DNA of 64,000 bases from Azolla caroliniana (Eukaryota > Plantae > Polypodiophyta). This document shows, one piece after another, positions 15,401 to 27,100 of the stretch. The stretch spans positions 1,612,001 to 1,676,000 of the forward strand of contig JBHGNT010000021.1 in NCBI GenBank assembly GCA_043228905.1, written 5' to 3'. The position numbers and the translations under genes are program-made. Under the pieces are notes generated by a model. The model worked only from the letters and a program-made list of their open reading frames with translations. It made no database searches and was not told where the DNA came from. The first letter of the stretch is position 1. Every line of letters begins with the position of its first letter.

Positions 15401-18361
15401 GAAGAAAATGAACGTAAAGTGAGGGAGGTTCTTGTCCGTTTGGGGGAAGGACTTCATGCTACTGCTGGCAAGAAGATTCTGGAGCTGAAGCTGCCAATGG
15501 CAGATAATGATTTGCAAAAGATATGCAATAACATCATAGGGGAAGCAATTCATGGGTATGTTTTGGTATGATGAGAAGATTTATGTATGTAAGCATGACA
15601 GTAGAAAGCTAGCACACATGCTCCTAGTGAGATATCCATTTACGTGATCTGCATGTTATATCAACACACCAGGAGCTTGCCAGACACGTGTAAACAATTT
15701 CTTACATGGCAGCCTTCTTTGTGCAATGAGACATGCAAAATTGAGAAAAGACTGGTTATGGGTTATGGATGCAATACTCATGGATATATGTCATACTGAA
15801 AACACACATTACACCCTCTGGACAGTAGGATATTTTGCATCATCAAGTAAGACCACGCCATCCATTGCATACGGGGTTTCCAACCTCGTCTTTGTAGAGT
15901 ATATGCAGCTGGTTCTAGTTGTGTTGTACACAGTTCCATCCCTCTAAAAATACAAAATTAAGCATCTAAAACATTGGCATCTGCACACCTATTACAGCTA
16001 TGAAGCCCTTGTTGGTCCACATAAAGGAACTCAATTGTACCATGAAGCACGTGTCCGAATGCAAGATGATATCCAGGGAAAGTGTGAAAAGGTTGCTCGG
16101 ATCAATGCAGAAAAAATCTCCTCTATATTTGCTGCTGCAAAAGCTGTGTTCCGCAGTGAATATGAGCATGGTTTCCTTTCTCGAATTCGCGCCTCTGATG
16201 TTCAATCTGGTAACAAATTGCCATCGACTGTTGAAGACAGTTTGAAGGATGTAAGTGGAAAGCCTTTGTCACAGAATCAGCTGGATGAAATTCATGTTTC
16301 AAATGCAAAATTGGCTGCAATAGCATATGAAAAAGGTGTGAAGGATGCACTGCCATGGATGGGAGCTGGTAGGGAGATATACGACTTTCATCACTTCCAG
16401 TGTTTGCAGTGGATTAAGCAGCGCTTCAGTGAAATTCAGGTTTTGGTCGATAATTGTGATATCTGTTTGGCTATTTGGAAGCTATCAGATATACATGTTT
16501 TGAAATATTTTATGAAAAAAAATGACAGGCATATAACAACATGCTCATCAGAGGGTTTGCTGAAAAAAGTGTCACTGCTTTAAGTCTCCAGTATAAAATG
16601 GAATTGTCAAATATTACACCGTTTCCAGACAATGATGAGATGGTTTCAGAAAAGGTATACCAATTCAATTATGTTTAGTGGAAACTAAAATAGACACTAT
16701 CTTTTCATTGCAGTAGTAGCTCTATTCATCTGTGGACAGATAATGTCTGGTTTCTGTAGTTCTCATCCCTTTTCACACCATTGCACTTGCTAGTTTGGCT
16801 AACTGACTCAGTTTTCTCTATCTTTCTTAATTTACATCTACGTTGCAGTATTCACTTGATAATCTGTCGTCCAGGTAGTGAGGACGTTTGTAATTTTTGG
16901 ACTATTCTTTGTTGGGTGAACATTCAATTAATATCCTATGTCTGTCAATATTGGAAAGGGTATTACTTCAACAATGATGGAAGACAGATTATATAAGCAA
17001 ATTTGTTTGTGCTTCTGATATGATCCATAACTTTGCTGTTTTTTAGGCAGCTCAAATTGCGAAGCAGTTAATGCAGGAATATCTTTCGGTAACCAGAGAC
17101 TATGCTTCCCTTCCTGTTATTGAAGAGAGGAGGAAGGAATTGGCCCGTAGCATGGAGAGTTTAATGGCACATCTTCTAAAGAAAAACACAGCTCTAATGG
17201 CAGCTTTCTGTTACGATCCGCTTATGGATGCATATAAAGAGCTTAAAATGCAGGTTGATAATTACCCTTGTTTTCCATAGCATTATTTTGGTTGTATCTA
17301 TTGTTATTTGGGGTGAAATGTTTATGTGAAGCATGATCAACTTATAAAGTCTTTTGGCCTAGAGTTATCATCATAAGGACATAAAAGCATTTGATAGTTA
17401 ATATATCTCAGAGATACAATAGTTTTCCCCATGTAGTGCAGATTTGGCAGCATGTAGGTAATAAAGGCGTTCCTTTCCCGCATATGATATCTTTGTACAG
17501 GACTTTTGTTCTTGTGCAACATCCGGGTTTTACACTATTCAGATTTTGCTTTTCCCATGTAGACTGAATGGTCTATTCAAACTAAAACTGCACAGAGTCC
17601 GCCCTGTACCAGATCTGTTCCAAGGGAAATGAAAACCAGGATTTGGTTCTACAGCCCAGTCAAATTCTAGCTATGAGAGGTTCTCGGATGAAGTTTCATT
17701 TACTGAAGTTGCAAATCATGCCTGTACATTACACTTGTCATTATGTTCTGGCTGAATTATTGATCTTCAGCACTTTGCCTATCTGCATAGTGTGATCACC
17801 CCTAACTATAGAGACTGTTAATATGATTACTTTCTTGGCTTCTCAGTATGCTTTCATAATGCAGAACAATACATTCTACATTTTTTACTGCAGGATTGTG
17901 AAAGAACATTTCAGAACATGTGGGTGTCCAGATCGTTCTGGTCTCCCAAATGTTTATGGCCTGGACCAAAATACGTGTTCGGGTTCAAATATGCTGCCTA
18001 TAAAGCTGCACTTAGACACTTGGAACAAGCCCAAACATCTGCATATGAAGGTGCACAACAGAACCATGAAATTGCGAAAGGAGTTTTGCTGAGTCCATCC
18101 ACAAGAAATAAAGTAATCCAGGCATGGATTGAACATGATCTTGCAGCTTATGCAAACATAGTTCTTGTAAACTTTAGTATCTTGGTTGCTTGTACAGTTG
18201 TTTTTGTGACCATGTTTTTGTGGGTGTCAAGGAAGGTGCTTCAGTTTTCTAATATCCAGAGGAAGGCTTATGAAAGCGATGATCAGAGTTACTGGACCCC
18301 ACAAGGTAATTCCTTCCAGATGAAAACTGAACACAGAGCTTCTGGTTACTATCGGAGGTAG
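12439..18361 (+). CDS. Guanylate-binding-protein-like (GB1/RHD3) large GTPase, 9 coding exons, ~921 aa, with N-terminal signal/TM and C-terminal TM
   Basis: Exons 12439-12773, 12919-13181, 13277-13372, 13557-14237, 15203-15320, 15400-15555, 15998-16439, 17047-17253 and 17894-18361 are all GT-AG and phase-compatible. Motifs: IVGPYHGGKS (G1), GFSVG...ETRGIWI (G2), LDTEG (G3), YDARIFAVATLLSSHLVYN; long helical C-terminal region; TM NIVLVNFSILVACTVVFVTMFLWV. Confidence 0.88.
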
Positions 18362-19466
18362 CTAGTAGTGGTAGTTGTAAAGTAATATCGGTCTTATAGC
18401 AAAGATGAAAAGCCTTTTTTAGAAATATATATTTTGACATAAACTTCAGGTCTACTGTTTTATGAATCAACGTTATACACCACATGATTGAGAATAGCGT
18501 TTCTATTTGTGAATTGTCAATTATTTGAAATTTTCCGTGCTCTTATCATGATTGGGTATATCTTGAACATTATTTTGCTTATGAAGTACCTGTTCAGGTT
18601 TAAAGTTTTTGGTTTGACTAAAAACTGAAGTTTTCAGTTCATGTCTAGAAACAGAATTTGTAAAAATCGTAGATACGAAGGACATCTTTAATTTGAGTGC
18701 AATCATGTGGGACATGAAAATATCAGCTAGGAGATAATGTTGGAGGCTACCATTTTGTTTGGGAAGAATCTCAGCTTTTGAAAGTTTGGACTCTTCCTTC
18801 TCTTTAGTTTGTCATGCTTTTTTATTGTAGTCAGGATCAACTGATTAAATTAACTGTAATGTGCTGCATCTATTGGTACATTTTACAATTCCTGGCCATA
18901 GTTTATGAAGTGTTTTATTAAGTGCTTCATATGCTATAGGCTCATCAATGTTGTTTTTTATGACAGCATGGTAGTGTTGTTTTTTTAACCTTGTGCATAG
19001 GAAATCAATTTTGCATATTTTACTGGGCTCATATCCACCAAGTCTATTTAATTGTCTTTAAAGAGCTAGACATGTTTTGTGAGCTTTAAAAAGGTGTAAT
19101 TAATTGATGATTCAACTTGTCTTGGGAATCGGGATAACCAACTATAACCTTTCCCTAAGAGATTCCAATAAAGCTGGACCATCTCAAACTTCACGAGATT
19201 GCTTCCATTGGCTTTATGTTGATGAGTGAACAATGTTGTGAGTCGTGTGAACTAATGTAAAGCATGCAAAACTCCAAGCATTCCACCCACAAACCATGGT
19301 GACATATCCCAACAAGTATTGAGATTCGCTTAGCACAAATGCAAGCATTTGCTCATCCACGAGCCATTTGCTTATCATTGGTATTTTATTAATGTTAGCC
19401 AATAAATTTGAAGGGAGTTCCATTAAAAGCCATTTCCCAATTTAAAACAAATCCCTTGTTCCTCGT

Positions 19467-19812
19467 GCCCTTAGTGACTATTACATGGGAGCATTGGATT
19501 TTATGTTAATATCCAAGCAATGTACACTATTATGTATCATTATTTTGTATGGCTCAATTTAGAAAATTGCCCCCAAATCATTGTGCTCCACCATTATGAT
19601 ATTATAGAAAGTTGCCCTTACATGATCATGGTCAAACGTTTACATAAACAAACATTCCTAAAGATCACAATTTGTTGCCATTAGTGAGTATTTTGCATGG
19701 GAGCATTGGATTTTTAAGTTCAAGAATTTATATCCAAGCAATGTACACCATGGTGCAACCTAATCTATGTATCATTATTAATATGGCCCAATTTAGAAAA
19801 TTGACCCCAAGT
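19467..19812. repeat. Imperfect ~120-bp direct duplication (period ~210)
   Basis: ttagtga..catgggagcattggatttt..atatccaagcaatgtacac..tatgtatcattatt..aatttagaaaattg.ccccaa occurs twice. Confidence 0.7.
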
Positions 19813-20485
19813 TATTATGATACACATGATCGAATGTTACCATACACATGCTTATGCTTTAACTTTTAAGTCTCCCACTTCACATGAATATTCCTATCTT
19901 TTACTAACCTCCTAAATACAAACTTTAAAATGTACGCAATAATATTCCAAATTTAAATGGTTAGGATATTATGATCAATATGAAGGGAGATACAAGGTAC
20001 AATTGATAATATTTAAGGACAATATGTACATAAAGTGAAAAAACGAAAATCTAACTAAAAACTATGACATGGAGACACATATACGCACACACACATATAC
20101 ATACATCAATATATAGAGCGGAAGACATGCTTGACACAAAGAACCTCTTCTTCAAAAATTGTGACTTGTGAAGCCATGCTAGAATAACCTATTTCTCTCT
20201 CCAACAAAACAATACTCTCCACACCAACCACCTTACATTAAGAAAATGCAAATGCTACCATGCAAAGCATCATCACTCCCATATCATTTCTTGTAGGAAA
20301 GCATCCATATCATTCTTGTAAGAAACTCACACTCAAGGGACACGGGCCAACGCCTACAAATTTCCTTTTCCGTTGTCTCGATATATTTGACAATACATTT
20401 CCGATATATATATATGTGAATTTAATTACTCCTATATATGTGATTTAGTTAAACTCCTGCCTGCCTCCATGGAAGGAAGGAGGCC

Positions 20486-21079
20486 CTAGTGGTGCATCCC
20501 TTGTGACCCCTCCTTCTCGAGCTCGCTGAGGAGTTTCTTGTCCGAAGGCAAGCTCTTGAGCGCGGCATCATCTTCCCGCGCCATAGCCCCTTCCCTCTCT
20601 TCTTCCCCAACATTGGGCACGTAAGTTGGATCGTTCCGTGCTTCCATGTCCGTCTCCTCAGTCATCATGCTCACATCTCCCCCTCCACCTTTGCTTCCTT
20701 GGGCAGCCGGCGGCTCCTGATGATGGCTTGTCCGGCGACCGTGTCCAGTAGCCGACGCATGCGGATGGCTAGAATGAGAGGAGTGCGAGTGCGAGTGGCG
20801 TTGCCGGGCTTCTTCTTCCTCGGCTTCCGAGAGCTTGTGCAAGGATTCGGGCTTGCGGACGGCCTCCTTGCCTGAAGTGTCGCTCTTGACGAGGTAACGG
20901 GGATCGTCGGGGCTAGCATGGAAGGTGCGGGCGCCAATCTTCTTGTCTTCGGTGATCTTTTCGACGACTTGACCGATGGCTTCGCCCACGCCCAACCGCC
21001 ACAACACGTGGTCACCCGGGTGAAGCTCTTCCTCCTCCTGCTGCTGAGGGCTTTGGGGGCCTGTGTTGGCTTGAGCCAT
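20486..21079 (-). CDS. HVA1-Tudor (DUF2945) domain protein, intronless, 197 aa
   Basis: First ATG at 21079. LHPGDHVLWRLGVGEAIGQVVEKITEDKKIGARTFHASPDDPRYLVKSDTSGKEAVRKPESLHKL matches the remembered DUF2945 pattern GD.V.W...G...G.V....T.......ASEDDPQYLVKSDKTGKEAAHKPEAL; GC-rich ORF in AT-rich surroundings; hydrophilic, His/Glu-rich tail. Confidence 0.85.
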   Translation of the reverse strand: MAQANTGPQSPQQQEEEELHPGDHVLWRLGVGEAIGQVVEKITEDKKIGARTFHASPDDPRYLVKSDTSGKEAVRKPESLHKLSEAEEEEARQRHSHSHSSHSSHPHASATGHGRRTSHHQEPPAAQGSKGGGGDVSMMTEETDMEARNDPTYVPNVGEEEREGAMAREDDAALKSLPSDKKLLSELEKEGSQGMHH

Positions 21080-21144
21080 TGTAACCACTACTACTAATGC
21101 TGGATGGAATAGATAGATATTGGAGATAGAGATGGAGATGGAGA

Positions 21145-21196
21145 TGGATAAATAGAAGGGCTACGTGAAGGCAATTGGCATGCACTCCACGTGTAC
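21145..21196 (-). promoter_or_regulatory. ABRE/G-box + RY + ACGT box + TATA-like promoter of the HVA1-Tudor gene
   Basis: Minus strand reads TACACGTGGAGTGCATGCCAATTGCCTTCACGTAGCCCTTCTATTTATCC: ACACGTGG (ABRE), TGCATG (RY), CACGTA, then TATTTA about 70 nt before the ATG. Confidence 0.55.
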
Positions 21197-23204
21197 ACCA
21201 AGTTGTCATGTGTATGTATGCATGTATGTATGTATGTATATCCGTTGTATATCCACCATCAAGGGTTCATTCACATTCACTCTAGAGAAGCTGAAGGGAT
21301 TAGAGATTCCCTACTCCCACCCTTTGGGTAAATGCCCATAGATGGACAGACAGACAGACGAAGACGAAGACGAAAACGAACAGATGGACGGACATTGTCT
21401 CTCTCTCTCTCTCTCTCTCATGATTATGCGCTCACACTTGTTGCTAATGCCCACCATATGGATGCATGCATGGATGGATGGACATTGACCCTTGAGGGAC
21501 AATCATACTATTATGTCTGTCCCACGCTTTGATTCGTATTCCTTAATGGTCCTAATTATCAAGGAGTCATGTCTCTGTCGTATGCATCCACGGTTGTTAC
21601 GAGCAATGACCATAAAGTAATCCTCCATTCTTTACACTCTTGTTTAACCCTCACACTTTATCCATGTGTATAGAATACTACAATATAACTTATTAGGTCA
21701 TGACCGTAACAACACTTGCTCTCATTTTGGATGTGACACCGACATATGTGACACTTTTTTGGGCTACTTCCAAACAGAGTAGTTCTATATAGTTGGATTT
21801 TGAAGCAAATGTAGGATGGGATGAAACTTAACGTATGGAGAAGCTCAGATATCGGGCTGTGCTTCCGAATCATGTCAAAGGAGTGAAAAAGACAAGGAGA
21901 TTATTTTTCTTGTTCAATCTTGAAACTCAACGAGCATAAAAAAGGGATATATTTACATCTTTTTTGTTATCCCTAGTGGTGGTTTTTCCCATGCAATAAA
22001 GACAAGTATAGTGTAGTTCTATGAGTATGAACTCTGTCAATTAATTACTTCTCAGGTTATGACCATTTGCATTACACTGAAGTCGTTTTGACCAAATACA
22101 TATGTGAAAGCTTTCATGGATGATGAATTTGTGACACCTCCTAGTAAGAACTTATTTATCTTATTGCCATCAATTCTATCCCAAAGTTTTAACTTCATGG
22201 TCTCTAGAGCCATACCTCCCAACTAATTGTGTCAATAACACCTTTTGTTAAGGACGTCTTGTTTGGCCTTGTCCTTATCTCTATCCCATCAGACAAAGAA
22301 CGAGGAATTTATATTTGACTGGTTACCTGTCCCTATCAACATAAAGTTGTGCTTTCATCTTGAGTGGTCGATGTTATGAGTGTGCTCTCTTACTTTGGAG
22401 CCAATATGCAAATTTACATCTCATTGGCAACACTACACCTGACTTCACCAACTCCCCTTGTGGTATACACCTTCACTTTCTCCGCGTTCACTGATTAAAA
22501 GTCAACTATCTATCTATGTTTTGGATCTTCGTCTTCTAAAGCTTCACCTCATATTGACCATGTGAGCATAATCTACTCGGCATCCCACTCTTCCAATTCG
22601 TGTTAGATCATTGTTAACACCATATCAACTATACCTAGGAAAAAATTATTTGATGTAGCCATGTTCCACCTTTTTTGTGCTAGGAATTCCATGGGATGGA
22701 AGGATCATGAACAACAAGTTGTTTGCATCAATAGTTCCCATTTAGCTCAAAGCAATTGTAGAGGCTTCCTCGTATCTTGATTGCACAAGCATATATTCAA
22801 TACAGAGAATCAATGGAGAAGACAAACATTTCTATTCGAAGAATAAAATTTCAACAGTTTTATAACCTAGGGTTTGGTACAATTAGATCTAGATCTCATG
22901 TGTTATCGAGCAAGCTAAATACATATGCAAATCAAAGTGGGGAACTAACAACATAACTCTCCCTAAAGTTTCTTCGATACAATGATAGGGTATTGACACT
23001 AAGTGACAAACCCATATGCTACCTTAAATGTATAACTATCTCCATTGACCATGCACACGAATCAATCCACCCTTGTTCGCACAAAACATCATGACTACAT
23101 AAGGTAATTCGAGAATCATCTTAGAAAGCAATGTGTGCATCTTTGCAACCCCGAAGGTATTGATTGATATGCATGTAGCCGAAGGATCAAGTATACTACT
23201 ATGT

Positions 23205-23525
23205 GTATGTGTGGGCGGGGACATTGGAATCTCAAGCTTTCGCAGAGTGCTGGAATCGCAAGTTTCCGGTAATCGGAATCTCTCTTTTCTATCTACCATC
23301 ACTCACTCATATAACAAGCATGTGTGGGCGGGGGGGCGTCGGAATCTCAAGCTTCCGGTAATCGGAATCTCTCTTTTCTTTCTACCAGACAACCATCACT
23401 CACTCATATAACAAGCATGTGTGGGCGGGGTGCCGGAATCTCAAGCTTCCGGTATCGGAATCACGAGATTCCGGTAATGGGAATCTCTCTTTTCTTTCTA
23501 CCATCACTTACTCTAATATAACAAA
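23205..23525 (+). repeat. Three tandem ~100-bp units upstream of SurE
   Basis: Unit tgtgtgggcgggg..ggaatctcaagctt..ccggtaatcggaatctctcttttct..tctaccatcactcactcatataacaa occurs three times. Confidence 0.9.
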
Positions 23526-23534
23526 CACTACACA

Positions 23535-23631
23535 AGAAGAAGAAGAAGGAAGAAGGAAGAAGGAAGAAGAAGGAGAAGAAGGAGAAGAAGGAAGAAGAAA
23601 AAGAAGAAGAAGAAGAAGAAGAAGAAGAAGA
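23535..23631. repeat. (GAA)n-rich microsatellite near the SurE 5' end
   Basis: Direct reading of the sequence. Confidence 0.9.
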
Positions 23632-23749
23632 AAGACCTTCTTCCCTTCCCTTCCTCTCTCCACCCCTTCAGATTATATATATATTACTATACACCTGCAC
23701 CTAACTGAGGCAGCTTCATTGCATCCAAACTCTAGTGATTCTGCCCACG

Positions 23750-24115
23750 ATGAATCGCAGTGGATTTGTAATTGACATGAGGCAATCAGCTGCAGCTCGC
23801 CATGGCCGTGATTTGGCTGGGGGTAAAGACGATGATGTGATCGATGAGAGTAGCTGCAGACGTATTGTTGAGGACGATCGGCCTTGTGTGTTGCTGACTA
23901 ATGACGATGGCATTGATGCCCCTGGATTGAGAGCCATGGCGATTGCCCTGCTCCACACCAACTCTTGTCACGTCCTTGTCTGTGCTCCAAACGGGTGAGA
24001 AGTTATCAATTTTAATTTGAGGCACCGATTCCAACAATTTAAAACCATTTCAATTTTGTTCCTTCCTGTAATTCCTCTCCATGCCCTTTGTCTGTGTGCA
24101 TGCGTGCGTGCGTGC

Positions 24116-24197
<82 letters not shown>

Positions 24198-27100
24198 CTT
24201 TACCCATATATACTTGCAATAAGTGGTTCAGTACCTAATGGAGCCAGGAATTGAGTATTGGCAGAAATAAATCTGGTGTGGGTCATTCCATTACTTTGCG
24301 GAAGGCCTTGGAAGTGAGGTCTGTTAATGACATATCGATTAAGGGTGGTGCCACTGCAGTTGCATACAAAGTTTCAGGTACTAGTTCTATACTTTGGTCA
24401 GGATAATCTACATTCTAGCTTCCCACTTCCAACAAAGTTTTTGTGTACAGAGACCTGGGGAGACTAATCCATTTATATTTTGAGATAATTGATTTATTAT
24501 GCGTTATTTCGACAGGAACACCTGCCGATTGCGTCTCATTGGCCTTGTCTGGCTTGCTTTTCCCCCAGAAAAAGCCTTCTTTGGTATGTTAGCAATGTGG
24601 ATACTTGATTTATCTCTTGAATGTGTGTTTGATTTTGTGGCATATGGTTTTTTCTCCTGTTTATAGGTCCTCAGTGGAATAAACAAAGGATCTAACTGCG
24701 GATATCATGTGTATGATAACTAATCCTGTAATCTTGAATTTTGTTTTTCTGTTTGTATTTTGTTTTATGGTTTAGGAGAAGGAGAAGGAAAAACATTTAT
24801 TGGCATAAGAGGGCTGAAATTGCAATGATTATGAGATTCAGTAAATAGAGATAAAGTTCAAATTAAATAATTGTAGCTATTAGGCATGCACACATGCCAG
24901 ATATAATACAGAACTATTGGATGGATGGAGAGGGGAACAGTTGATAATGAGAACTTATTGCGAGACAAGACAATACTTATACATCTCAAGAATTTGAATG
25001 GAAGATCTGATTGTATATGATTGATTAAAATACAGGAGTAATTACCTCATAAGAATGTAGAAAGTGCAATAAAGCAATGAAGTCAAAATAGAATAGAACC
25101 TTCTGAAAAATCGTTTTAATCATTTTTCAAGACAGTGCTTCCAAATTACCTTGTTAGGGTAGCTGTGTTTGTAACTTTTTATTATGAAGTGTTCCTCCTG
25201 ATAGGGATACCACTGTTGTATACATTTTGCCACATTTTACTCAGATTCGCCCATCTGTAGAATGCATGACATTGATTTCATTTGCTTCAGGATCATGTGA
25301 TGGTGGTAGACGTTTTACTTAATTTGACAGGTGATTTATAATTTGTGATAAAATTCGAGTATTTGGCATGGGAAAGAAAGAAACAAAGATATATGAATTT
25401 CTTGAAAGGGCCAGAATGACCTACGAGACCTAAGAAAGACCACACCAACTTATATTAACTTGTCAAAGAAAATAACAAAAGAAAATAATTCTAGCTTGAA
25501 AATAAAGAGCTCGAACACGAGTAATCATGAATTATGATATCGATCAACAGAGCTCCCTGATTACTGGAATTGAAATTGCTTCCTTCTAAATATCTACATC
25601 GTGGAGTGTTCCAATATCTAAAGGTTAATGAGACAAGGATGGCGTCTCCGAAGAGTCTTATAATGGCATTGATTTTATGAAGATGTGGCCATGATGTCTG
25701 TGTTTCAGATAGGTATTATTGACATGTGAAAGAGCAGTGGTACTAAATTTTGTCACTTTTTTGAGCTGAGACTGCACTTGGTGGATATTCTGCAAGAGAC
25801 AACAGTAGATAGAGATGCAGAAGTAATTCCCAGATTCTTCAGGGATTAAAAAGTGCATCTGTGACTATTCAGGGTGCTTCCAACTCTCGAACTATCTCAT
25901 GTGGTAATGATACTTTGCTTTCGGTCATGCACGAAATCATCATAACTCTGGCCTTTTCATGTTTCACCCAATGTTCTGCATGTGAAAAAGTGCTCACCAT
26001 ATTATGTTTTGCATAACCATAGCTTGTTTACAGTGAGATTTCTTCTTCACATAAATGCATTTAGATCATCTGGATATTTTCGTACACCCTCATGGGAGTT
26101 TGAGTTGAAGGATATATGGTATGCAGATAGTATAGAAGGATGGGTATTTGTACCCAGGCAAGACTTGCACAGCCTCCACTCAATCTGTCCATATTTGTGC
26201 AAGAACAGTTGCACTGCTTCCACTCATTCTATCCATGTAATCTGAGATAATTTGTGCTCCAGCAAGACCTGCACCATGTTCACCCAATCTCTGTAAACTA
26301 AAATCTCATTAATGTAAAACCCAATGCGAGTGGGTGATAAGGAACATTGTTTTATTACTCTTGTGGTGCTGGACGGGTGTGAAGCTCTATGGTTGAGGAA
26401 ACTCCTGGCAGCGATCAGAATACTGATTGAGGGGAAGCTGCATGTGCCAATTAGAGTTATATTGCTCTCTCAGAGAATATTGTGTTCCAGGGGCAGACCA
26501 TGCATATTGATATCCAATACCACGTCATAGAAGAGCTCATTGCCAATGTGAAGGCCAAATCGGAGTTTTGTACACTGGTGGAAAATTGTGCAGATCACTC
26601 TACAAAGATCCTGTGATCTCAGAAAAAAAGAGACTATTGTGGAACATCTAGGCAGGAGAATTATAGCAAGCTGAAAACGAAGAAACAGAACCAGAAGATG
26701 AAGCAGTCCTCTGGGAGACTCAGCAGATAAAGCTCAGGCAACTTGATGGACGCTTGATGAAGAGGATTGATAGAATGACTGGTGGCGTAGATAATGGAGT
26801 AGGTGAACATATTTGTTAGCGCTAGTAAACCTTTGTATAAAAGGCAACCTGAGTTGAGCAAACTAACTTTGTTGAAGCTCTTCAACAATTTTTATATGTA
26901 ACTACTTGGTTATGAGCATATGAGAGTATATCTTTGCTGTATCATTTTGCAGTATATGATTTGTTGCTGCTGTTTGTGTGTCAGTGTTGTTTAATCTGAT
27001 TGATGCAGACCCTGTCCACATGCAGTTCCAACAGCCATTACATGTATAGTGAGCTATAAAGTTCTTCAGTTTTCTTGAAATCAAGGCATTATGCCCTTGT

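Noticed and set aside
23205-23525. Possible CRISPR-like repeat/spacer array
   Set aside because: Eukaryotic context; units repeat along their whole length with no unique spacers, and there are no cas genes
23419-23775. 118-aa ORF with poly-E/R
   Set aside because: Translation of the promoter tandem repeat and the (GAA)n microsatellite
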